Shown here: piece after piece, positions 1 through 8,273 of the stretch | Layout of the letters: every line of letters begins with the position of its first letter | Position numbering within the stretch: position 1 is the stretch's first letter | Virus record (IMG/VR): IMGVR_UViG_3300044614_002195 | Location: 32,001 to 96,000 of that record | Length of the DNA: 64,000 nucleotides | Direction: 5' to 3' (one strand) | Origin: a virus | Notes under the pieces: model-generated | The model's database searches: none | What the model was told of the DNA's origin: nothing | Seen by the model: only the letters and a program-made list of their open reading frames with translations | Position numbers and translations under genes: made by a program

Positions 1-1641
1 TTAAAAGACCTAATTTCTCCAATAGATAAAGAAAAGGTATGGAAAGACTTTGAGAGTTATAAAGAAAAAATAGAAGCTTCGTCGGATACTCAGCAGGTCA
101 AAGACCATAAAATATTTGATAAGTATAATCAAATGATGTCTGACATTGAAAAAGACATTCTTGATAAAGGACTAACTGAGAACAAATCTTTGGCTAAAAT
201 TATTCTAGCAGGGTCTAGAGGTTCACCTGCACAGTATAGAGGAACTATAGCCACTCAAGGTTTTGTGGTGGATGCAGAAGGCAAGCCTAAGATGGATATT
301 CCAATTAAAAGCTCTTATGCTGAAGGTTTATCCCTGCCTGAATATCTGGCTACTTCTTTTGGTACACGTACTGGAGAAGTCTTGAAAAAGATATCCGTTG
401 CTCAAGGCGGCTACGGGTCAAAGCAATTCGCCAGGGCACTTATGCCTTTACAGGTCGTAGAAAACGATTGCGAGACGCTAAACGGGATTACCGTATCTGT
501 AAGCGACAAGGAATCAGCAGGAGCATATTTAGCAAAGGCTGTTGAAAACTATAACAGGAACAATGAAGTAACTTTTAAAATGCTTAATGATCTTAATAAT
601 AAGAACATTAAGTCTATAGTCATAAGATCCCCGATGACCTGCCAATCTAACAAGAAGCATCATTCAGGCGGATTGTGCCAGATGTGTGTAGGTAAAAGAG
701 AAAAAGGTCTTGCAGCTTTAGATAGCTATATAGGCCTGGTGGCAGGTACGGCTGTAGCTGAACCTTTGACCGAAAGCGCCATGAAAGCAAGACATGGTGG
801 AGGTGCTGCGACATCACTAGCGGGGAGTCATTTAGGTTTTAAACTAATTAATCAGTTAGCTAACATTCCTAAGACATTTGTAGGTAAAGCCCCTCTAGCT
901 CAAGAAGATGGATTTGTAACTGCGTTAGAACCTGCGGCAGCTGGAGGATTTTTTATCTCGGTAAATAATCACGAGCATTATATAGGCATTGATCAGCAGC
1001 CTACAGTTAAACTTGGTGATCGCGTAGAACAAGGACAGGTACTCAGTTCAGGTCTGGTAGATCCCAGAGAAGCTGTTAAATATAGAGGTATAGGAGACGG
1101 TAGAAAGTATTATATGGAGGCCATGAAGAAAGCCTTCGACGATAGTGGTCTAGGAGTTAATAGAAGAAATTTTGAGCTTATAGCCAAAGCAGCCATAGAT
1201 CATGTAAAGATCACAGACCCTGAAGGTATCGGAGATTATCTTCCAGATCAGGTTGTATCATATTCAGCTATAGAGAAAGACTATACACCTAGAGCAGACT
1301 CTAAAATGCTTAGAGTAGATTTGGCTTATGGTAAGTATTTAGAGAAGCCTGAAATGCATTACACTATAGGTACAAGAATAACTACAGGTGTTATTAAAGA
1401 TTTAAAAGATCATGAGATCGAGGCAATCCTTGTTAACGATAATGAACCTAATTTTGAGCCTACAATGGTGAGGCTTGTAGATATTCCAGAACATCATGAC
1501 GATTGGATGCATGTACTTAACAGTACAAATCTAGCGAAAAGGTTCGTCAATATGGTTAACAGAGGGTCAACATCCGACACAAAGGGCCCAAGTCCAATTC
1601 CAGGTTTGGCCTACGGTGTAGGCTTCGGTCAAAAAGATTAA
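1..1641 (+). CDS. rpoC: Phage DNA-directed RNA polymerase beta' subunit, C-terminal portion (5'-truncated by window edge)
   Basis: Frame is open from base 1. Motifs match bacterial beta': GSRGSPAQYR (cf. GARGS), bridge helix GTRTG..GGY, Zn cysteines ENDCET / PMTCQS / GLCQMC, trigger loop EPLTESAMKARHGGG (cf. EPGTQLTMRTFHIGG), GDRVEQGQVLSSG, NRRNFELI (cf. DKHIEVI). Confidence 0.93.
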   Translation, partial: LKDLISPIDKEKVWKDFESYKEKIEASSDTQQVKDHKIFDKYNQMMSDIEKDILDKGLTENKSLAKIILAGSRGSPAQYRGTIATQGFVVDAEGKPKMDIPIKSSYAEGLSLPEYLATSFGTRTGEVLKKISVAQGGYGSKQFARALMPLQVVENDCETLNGITVSVSDKESAGAYLAKAVENYNRNNEVTFKMLNDLNNKNIKSIVIRSPMTCQSNKKHHSGGLCQMCVGKREKGLAALDSYIGLVAGTAVAEPLTESAMKARHGGGAATSLAGSHLGFKLINQLANIPKTFVGKAPLAQEDGFVTALEPAAAGGFFISVNNHEHYIGIDQQPTVKLGDRVEQGQVLSSGLVDPREAVKYRGIGDGRKYYMEAMKKAFDDSGLGVNRRNFELIAKAAIDHVKITDPEGIGDYLPDQVVSYSAIEKDYTPRADSKMLRVDLAYGKYLEKPEMHYTIGTRITTGVIKDLKDHEIEAILVNDNEPNFEPTMVRLVDIPEHHDDWMHVLNSTNLAKRFVNMVNRGSTSDTKGPSPIPGLAYGVGFGQKD

Positions 1642-1664
1642 CTTACGCTAATGTGAGAAGGTTC

Positions 1665-1693
1665 TTGATATACAAGAAGAAAATTCATAAAAT
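1665..1693 (+). promoter_or_regulatory. sigma70-type promoter TTGATA-17-TAAAAT
   Basis: Hexamers at 1665-1670 and 1688-1693 with exact 17-bp spacer, upstream of the 1715 gene; TTCTTG/CAAGAA inverted repeat overlaps the -35. Confidence 0.65.
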
Positions 1694-1714
1694 AAGTTAA
1701 ATATCGATATTATT

Positions 1715-3925
1715 ATGCGCAAAACAAATTTAAATAAAGCGGCTGCAGATGATCAAATTGAAGGAGCATTCTTCCAGCTGGCTTATCAGCGCCTGCAAGA
1801 TACTCTTAAAAAACTTATCCCATATCTCGTAGGTTTTGAGATTGTTAAAAAGAACGAGGATAATACAAAAGCTTTAGGTGTTTTTGGTTTTAGGTCCGAC
1901 GGAGGACAAATTCTTTTCGTTCCTGCCTTTTTTGTGGATGGTAAAGTAAAGCCATTGGACCTCCTATATAGTAAAAATAACGAGCAGTTCTATCCGTTAA
2001 ACGAAGATTTTGCTGAAATGTTTGTTAAGGAAGAAATGCTTGGACTAGGAGACAACTCCAAGGAAAACAGATCTGACATCATGCGTGATGCTACTCAGGG
2101 AGACTACAGACAAATGTCTGTACCTCCTCGTACAGGACGTTACGCAATAGCCTCTGTTATTGACTATGTTAAAGACGCAGGAGAGCCCACAAAGAAAGCA
2201 TTTACAGATCTAATTGAGAAAGACGCAGAGTTCTGCGAATCTCTGTTACGCTTTTATCCTCTAGAAAAAGTAGCCGAAGCTATTTCCCTTGAAGACGGCA
2301 AAGAATACCGCAAGTCCGATCAGGCAGCCAAGAAGATTGAATTGGTTAAACTTAAAGATAAGGGTAAGGTTAAAAAGCTTACAGATTCACAAAAAAAGAC
2401 CCTGCTAACCCAGGGTTATGTGATTGTAGACGATCGCGCCGCAAATGAGAAATCTACTTTTGGTGCTGTTGATTATCTTAAAAAGTTCATTAATCCTCCT
2501 GAGTCTGGCTTTTATTCTTATGTAACTAAACTAGGTGGCCTTCGCTACGGTCTTATCCTGGTGAGACCAAAGCAGCTCCAGCAGGATTTTGCCACTGACG
2601 ACGTACTTGTTTTAGATATCGAGTCCAAAGACGGCTCGACCTATATCAAAGATCACAAGCAGGTTTTTGTTAAAGATCAGATTAGAGTGCAGGACTATAG
2701 TGCTGTACATAAAATGATGGTGGACGCTGCTGAAGGTAAACCTGGGTATTCTAACGTTTACGTATTAATTAATGAAAATTTAAAGGCCACGCAGCCCTTC
2801 AGAATTAATGCAAATTTTAAAGACGCTTCAGGAATTCGCAGAATTGCAGTAGAGCCGCATAGCATATGGGCAGACTCATGCTGCGACGAAAAGGGAGGCG
2901 TAAAAGACAGACCAGGAAGCATTCATGATCTACCTAGAGGCAACTTCTACAACCACCCCAAGAAAGCTAGAGAAGTACATCTTGTCATGACCAAGAGACA
3001 AGGTGATCGCCTAGACTATCAGGATAATACCATTTACGTTCCTGCAGGATTTAAACTATTAAAGATTACTCCAGCATGCTGCTTTCCCGGCTGGAGAGAA
3101 ACAGGCTTCTCCGGCAATGAAAACGACGGAGACGCTAAAGCTCACGAACAAAAGCTTAGAGGTGAACCTGGCACACCGGGGAAACTGCACGCAATGCTGG
3201 AAGATAAAAACGTCTTCCCTATGACTGTACACACCAACGGCAGTGAATACTTCGTAGACATCAAGGGAGCAAAGAAAAAATACGAAGATCCGATTAAAGC
3301 TAAAATAGCGATGGTCATGGATATCGGACTAGACGAAAAGGCAGCAGAAGATCTACTGGATAGCCTGGTCCCAGGGTTTTCCAAAAAGGGGCACTTGAAG
3401 ATGGCCTATACAGGAGACATTTATCCTCAGCCTTTTGAAGAGCAGCCATACACCAACGAGTTTGGACAAAGTACGTATGTGGGTGTAGGACAGGAGAACA
3501 CACTGCCGACCCTGGATAGCTATGTTGGAAATCCTACCCGTCAAGATCTTGGCACAATGCCTGAGGTTAAGGGTATCGACCCTAGATACGTGCAACAAGC
3601 TATACAATTAGCCCAAAACGGACAAAAGGAAATTTTCGACACTCAAATGATTGGCGCTTTAGCCAAGTACGTTTCTGTGGGAGATAAAATTTCCGAGTAT
3701 TTACCATCTATGGTTGAGGCGATGGATAGACTTGGAAGAATCCTGTTTTTATTGCACTGGGAAACAGACAAGTTTAAAGAGATGTACGGCCGAGGGGATC
3801 TACCTGAGTTGGTAGAATTAGTGACTAGTGTTCTTAAGAATATTGGAGACCTGATCATTTTCTTGAAGCGGAAATCTCCCGAGTTGTCAATTAACATGAC
3901 CCAAACGGAAAGCACAGAAATTTAA
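1715..3925 (+). CDS. Uncharacterised head-cluster protein, 736 aa
   Basis: Long ORF opening the head cluster; carries K-x-A motifs (NKAAA, LKMAY). No function recognised. Confidence 0.75.
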   Translation: MRKTNLNKAAADDQIEGAFFQLAYQRLQDTLKKLIPYLVGFEIVKKNEDNTKALGVFGFRSDGGQILFVPAFFVDGKVKPLDLLYSKNNEQFYPLNEDFAEMFVKEEMLGLGDNSKENRSDIMRDATQGDYRQMSVPPRTGRYAIASVIDYVKDAGEPTKKAFTDLIEKDAEFCESLLRFYPLEKVAEAISLEDGKEYRKSDQAAKKIELVKLKDKGKVKKLTDSQKKTLLTQGYVIVDDRAANEKSTFGAVDYLKKFINPPESGFYSYVTKLGGLRYGLILVRPKQLQQDFATDDVLVLDIESKDGSTYIKDHKQVFVKDQIRVQDYSAVHKMMVDAAEGKPGYSNVYVLINENLKATQPFRINANFKDASGIRRIAVEPHSIWADSCCDEKGGVKDRPGSIHDLPRGNFYNHPKKAREVHLVMTKRQGDRLDYQDNTIYVPAGFKLLKITPACCFPGWRETGFSGNENDGDAKAHEQKLRGEPGTPGKLHAMLEDKNVFPMTVHTNGSEYFVDIKGAKKKYEDPIKAKIAMVMDIGLDEKAAEDLLDSLVPGFSKKGHLKMAYTGDIYPQPFEEQPYTNEFGQSTYVGVGQENTLPTLDSYVGNPTRQDLGTMPEVKGIDPRYVQQAIQLAQNGQKEIFDTQMIGALAKYVSVGDKISEYLPSMVEAMDRLGRILFLLHWETDKFKEMYGRGDLPELVELVTSVLKNIGDLIIFLKRKSPELSINMTQTESTEI

Positions 3926-3937
3926 GCTTTTCTGATT

Positions 3938-4882
3938 ATGGCGGAGCAGCAAAACACCTCATATTTAGAGAGGTTAGCCGCATTGAAGTTGTTGCGTGAA
4001 AACATGTATTACGCACAACCCTCTAGGTATGCGGCAACTGATTTTGCTGACGATTTACCAGGGCCACTTAGAGCTGTTGCACCTAACATAGGTGAGATAG
4101 CTCCTTCTATGGCGATTATTTCAAAAGACCCTGAGGAAAGGAAAAGTCAAATTCGTGAAGCCATAAATAGAATCAAACAAACAGGCAACGCTTCTACTAA
4201 CCTAGGTAAAGAGATTTTACATAACGTTAAAGACATGGGACTCGGCGCCATAGCCCCTGGGCTTGCACTAGCCACTGCCTTTAATTTAATGGGTTTTAGA
4301 TCGCCTGTAGCAAAACTTAAATCAGGTAAAAAAGTATGGAGATCCCCAGCAACTCCAATAGAAAATATTAAAAAGCTATTTAATAAGCCTGGTTACGCTA
4401 AAGAAATTGCAAAAGAAAGTGGAAAGGAAGCACTGACTGGTGCAGGAATCGCAGCTATATCCGCAGGAGCATATCCCATTTTCGCAAGAGCCACAAAACC
4501 TTCAGATAAAGCACTGAGTGAAGCCGCAAGCGTAATACAAGATCAGCCCAACCTCAGCGCTATTCCAGCCTCTGAGTATATGAGTATTATGCGTAAGAGT
4601 AAAGAAGACGCCGGCTCTCCAATCTCTCAAAAAATAAAAGCCATAGCACAGGGGACAGGAATAGGTGCAGGGGTTGGAGCAGCAGCCGCACTAGCCCCTA
4701 GCGCTTTAAAGGTACTTGCACTAGCCGCAAGGAATGCCATAACTAGAAGACCAATATCCGCCGATATGGGTGGAATAATTAAAAAAGATCTACCTAGAGA
4801 CTTGAGTCTCGGCAGCATTACCGGCGGAGCGCTAGGAGCAGCGGCAGGACCGTTTACAGAAAAGCTACCAGAAAATGAATAA
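3938..4882 (+). CDS. Gly/Ala-rich putative internal virion protein with hydrophobic helices
   Basis: 314 aa with GAGIAA/GAGVGAAA/GGALGAAAG segments; located in head cluster. Confidence 0.6.
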   Translation: MAEQQNTSYLERLAALKLLRENMYYAQPSRYAATDFADDLPGPLRAVAPNIGEIAPSMAIISKDPEERKSQIREAINRIKQTGNASTNLGKEILHNVKDMGLGAIAPGLALATAFNLMGFRSPVAKLKSGKKVWRSPATPIENIKKLFNKPGYAKEIAKESGKEALTGAGIAAISAGAYPIFARATKPSDKALSEAASVIQDQPNLSAIPASEYMSIMRKSKEDAGSPISQKIKAIAQGTGIGAGVGAAAALAPSALKVLALAARNAITRRPISADMGGIIKKDLPRDLSLGSITGGALGAAAGPFTEKLPENE

Positions 4883-5960
4883 GCTTAAGACTATTAGACT
4901 TAATCAGGTAGGCTCATTTTATAATTTTCCTAACTGGCGTTATCTTGTTTACCTAGAGCCTCACAGAGCAAATTTGGCCTACTGTAAAAGAAAACCAAAA
5001 GATGGTGCTAGATGTCTCCTAAGATACCTTAAAGACCATGAAGAAATATCAGAAAGGTCTGTGGTTTCCTTTTCATTTACTCCGAAGTTTTCAAAAGCGA
5101 TAGAAAAGTTAAACATAAAGCAAAAAGACACGTTCTATAAGTTGTTTAACAAAAAGTTAAAAATGCAGGGAGATAAAAAGGTATTCACTTCTTCATATAG
5201 AGAAGAGCACGTAGAGGTATGGAACGGTAAGTATATAGCTCTCGTACAAGACGTACCTCTTAAAGAATTTTTATACCACGTAACAAATATCAAGTACTCA
5301 AAAGATTTTGATTTTGCTGTAAAGTTTAGAAACTCACCAGAACACCAGCGCAATTTCTGCGTGATAGGTTACTGTATTTTCGCAGGGTTATCTGACGCGG
5401 TTATTGCTCACAGATATAAGCTATACCCCAAACAGGTAAAGGCCTTACGTGAGCTTTTCTTTGATTTCACAAATGCTCCCACTGACGTTGTCGCTAGGGC
5501 AGCGTATTTCACGCAACTCACAGACAATAACATTATCAATGACGTAGATAGGAGATATTTTAAAATTATTGGCGCCCTAGGAGAGCTAGGCCTAAAGGCT
5601 GAGGCTGATCCTTCAAGTCTAACAATAGACGAAAAAGAAAGGCTCAATTCCTATCTAGCGGACTCTATGCTGGATAATGTTACCTCTTTATACTTTAGTA
5701 TTGAAGATAAAAAAGACGCTTTAGCTTATAATGGTGTAATCAATAACCTAGCGTCATTCTTCATCAAGAAAGAAGAAATAAATTATTTTAGATCAAAAGT
5801 CAGGAATCTAGATGCTAGTACCGCTAGGATTGTTAACGAACGCACAGATTACACTACAGGAATACAAGAGGAGGATATATTGGCAATGGAAATGATCACC
5901 AAGCTGGCCTTGAAGGAAAATCCTCCTCCAGAATATAAAGTAATTACTGAATTGAAATAA
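4875..5960 (+). CDS. Hypothetical protein with HTH-like segment (small terminase is one possibility)
   Basis: 361-aa basic ORF; GLSDAVIAHRYKLYPKQVKALRELFFD resembles a helix-turn-helix. Function is a guess. Confidence 0.5.
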   Translation: MNKLKTIRLNQVGSFYNFPNWRYLVYLEPHRANLAYCKRKPKDGARCLLRYLKDHEEISERSVVSFSFTPKFSKAIEKLNIKQKDTFYKLFNKKLKMQGDKKVFTSSYREEHVEVWNGKYIALVQDVPLKEFLYHVTNIKYSKDFDFAVKFRNSPEHQRNFCVIGYCIFAGLSDAVIAHRYKLYPKQVKALRELFFDFTNAPTDVVARAAYFTQLTDNNIINDVDRRYFKIIGALGELGLKAEADPSSLTIDEKERLNSYLADSMLDNVTSLYFSIEDKKDALAYNGVINNLASFFIKKEEINYFRSKVRNLDASTARIVNERTDYTTGIQEEDILAMEMITKLALKENPPPEYKVITELK

Positions 5961-5980
5961 TTTTAAAATGATGGTATAAC
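5952..5980 (+). promoter_or_regulatory. sigma70-type promoter TTGAAA-17-TATAAC with extended -10 TG
   Basis: TTGAAA 5952-5957, TG 5972-5973, TATAAC 5975-5980; 13 nt before ATG 5994. Confidence 0.7.
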
Positions 5981-5993
5981 TGTAAACAATCAT

Positions 5994-7490
5994 ATGGACG
6001 AGCCTAACATTCTAATCAAAACAGCCCTAAGCGAAGCAGTGCAAAAGGTAAATGCCGGCATGTCTCCTACCGAGGCGCTAAAGAAAGTCGCAGAAGACTT
6101 GGACCTTAACCCCAATTATATTCAAAGAACCGGAGAAGCCTTGAACGTAGCTTTAAACTACAAGCATTTTAAGACAGCTTCAGACAGATCCACAGATTTT
6201 GAAATTGCAGACATCTCTAAAGCAATTCAAGACGCATTCACATTCACAGAAAAAACGGCAGCAGAAAAAATATCTGAGCGTTTCTCTGTAGCTGAAACAA
6301 ACGAGCATATTTTTAACTATAATAGAGCTCTTAGTAATCCCATGTACAAAAGAGCGTTTTTAGAAATTGCTAATGCTCCTGAAGTAAATGAAAGCTATCC
6401 AACAACTTTTAATACTGTCTACGAAAAGTCTGCAAATTATATTCAAAGCCTAAACAAGCAGGCAGAAGAAGCTGAAGTGGCTAGAGTTGAAGCAGAGTTT
6501 GAACTGAATGCAAAGTTTTCAGAGCTTTCAGACGCTTTTAGAAAAGACGCAGGATATAGAACATCTTTTGACGAGTTTGAATCACAGGTTTTCTCTAAGT
6601 ATGGACAAGCGGCTTTACCTTATCTAGATCTTTTACACAAGACTGCAGCCCAGCACGAAGAAAGAGGCGTTCACGATTCTGGCTATATTATGTTTGAGCA
6701 GTGCAAGGAAGCTCAAATGTTTGAAGGCTTAATGTCCGCAGCCAGCCAATGGACTGCAGCCACAAAGACAGCAGAAGAAATTTCAGAAAATTTAAATTTC
6801 GAAAAAGCTTATCTCAAAGACTCCTGCAGACTTCTAGGCAAGCAGTCAGCAACTAAATGCTGCGGAAAATGTACAGGAGAGTGTAAGTGTGGTAGTTCTT
6901 GCTCTTGTCAAAAAAGTGAAGACGCCGACAAAGAAAAGAGTGCAGAAGAATCCGTCCAGCCTCATATTGAAGCGGATCCTGTCCTTGAAGAGATTAAAAA
7001 AAAAGCTTCAGATGAAAGCTACAAAATAGCTAAAGACTATACTAAAGACCCTGTCCTGAAAGAAGCCATGGAAAAAGAGGCTTTTTTGGGTCTGGGAAAA
7101 TCCACTGGATTTGGGGGACTTATTAGCGAGCACGTTTCTGAAGCTTTTTCCGCAGGCTTTAAACCGCATAATACTGCACCCAAACCTAACATGACTTTAG
7201 ATAATATGGAGCGCAAGCTCTTATTACAAGAGCTCATGATGACAGATCCTATTTTGTCAAAAATAAACCCAGCCAGAGTCGCTAGAGCCTTTGAACAACT
7301 TCTGAGGTTATCTCCAGAAATCTCAAAAGAAAAAGAGGTCGTCAGGGCAGAATTAAGAGCCATGGTATCGTCACAGGCGTTAAGTAAGTTTGATGCAGAT
7401 CTTATGGCTAAAACAGATGTAGGAATGCTAAAGCGTCGAATAGCTACACAAAACTTTAACTCAGGTCATATGGACACCTTTAGAATATAA
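5994..7490 (+). CDS. Uncharacterised head-associated protein, K-x-A rich, with Cys-rich insert
   Basis: 498 aa; about 14 K-x-A tripeptides counted by eye; CCGKCTGECKCGSSCSC segment. Confidence 0.7.
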   Translation: MDEPNILIKTALSEAVQKVNAGMSPTEALKKVAEDLDLNPNYIQRTGEALNVALNYKHFKTASDRSTDFEIADISKAIQDAFTFTEKTAAEKISERFSVAETNEHIFNYNRALSNPMYKRAFLEIANAPEVNESYPTTFNTVYEKSANYIQSLNKQAEEAEVARVEAEFELNAKFSELSDAFRKDAGYRTSFDEFESQVFSKYGQAALPYLDLLHKTAAQHEERGVHDSGYIMFEQCKEAQMFEGLMSAASQWTAATKTAEEISENLNFEKAYLKDSCRLLGKQSATKCCGKCTGECKCGSSCSCQKSEDADKEKSAEESVQPHIEADPVLEEIKKKASDESYKIAKDYTKDPVLKEAMEKEAFLGLGKSTGFGGLISEHVSEAFSAGFKPHNTAPKPNMTLDNMERKLLLQELMMTDPILSKINPARVARAFEQLLRLSPEISKEKEVVRAELRAMVSSQALSKFDADLMAKTDVGMLKRRIATQNFNSGHMDTFRI

Positions 7491-7494
7491 TAAT

Positions 7495-7872
7495 ATGCCA
7501 GCACTATTAAAAATCAAAAGAGCTATAGATAACGACGTTTTTAAACTAACGTTTTCGCTAGACATCAATTCTTTACCTGAAAGCGATAAAGAGCTTATTA
7601 GGAAATTTGGCGAGCCTCAGATCAACATTGGTGGAGAATATCTACCAGAAACAGATAATACTTTTTCTCTTCCAGATAAATTTTTAAGAGTAAGATCAGA
7701 TTTACCATACACTCAGGAGTTTGATGCAAAATCGAATCTCCTTGGATTTGCTTCTACCGAAGCGCAGGCTTACGCATTTCAAGCTGAGTTTATCTCCAGA
7801 TACACTGACGCTTTTTTAACACTCAGGAGTAACGCAGATACCTTTACAGGTGAAACAGTTGAAAATATTTAA
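7495..7872 (+). CDS. Hypothetical protein, 125 aa
   Basis: ORF tightly packed between neighbours in the same operon. Confidence 0.7.
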   Translation: MPALLKIKRAIDNDVFKLTFSLDINSLPESDKELIRKFGEPQINIGGEYLPETDNTFSLPDKFLRVRSDLPYTQEFDAKSNLLGFASTEAQAYAFQAEFISRYTDAFLTLRSNADTFTGETVENI

Positions 7873-7877
7873 TACTT

Positions 7878-8255
7878 ATGGATGCTAGTATTCTTGAAAA
7901 TTCTTTTATAGCTGGTATGCAAAAAAGGGCTGAACAATTAGGTTTGGAAAAAGAAGCCTTCATGCCTTTCTTTATGCAAAATATTGCACCTATGTTCGGT
8001 GGAGCTGTAGCACAGCATTACGCAGCTCGAGGAATAAAAAATCTAGCAAAAAGAAAATTAGCAAAAGGAGTAAAGCCAGGGCTAATTACCCGCGCAGCCA
8101 GGAAAGCTCATGGACTTTTAGAAGCAAAAGGAATTCAAGGACCTTTAGCACAGACAGGCTTAATGATGGGGTCGTCCATGGCAGTTGAACCTGTTTTTAG
8201 CGCAATAAACAAAAAATTATACCCCGATGCACAAGAGCAGGAATACATGCAGTAA
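7878..8255 (+). CDS. Small putative internal head protein
   Basis: N-terminal SFIAGMQKRAEQLGLEKEA motif shared with other small head-cluster proteins. Confidence 0.65.
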   Translation: MDASILENSFIAGMQKRAEQLGLEKEAFMPFFMQNIAPMFGGAVAQHYAARGIKNLAKRKLAKGVKPGLITRAARKAHGLLEAKGIQGPLAQTGLMMGSSMAVEPVFSAINKKLYPDAQEQEYMQ

Positions 8256-8273
8256 GTTTAGCCACTGATTTAT

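Noticed and set aside
1715-3925. Calling the 736-aa protein the portal
   Set aside because: No portal-like motif recognised; position alone is insufficient.
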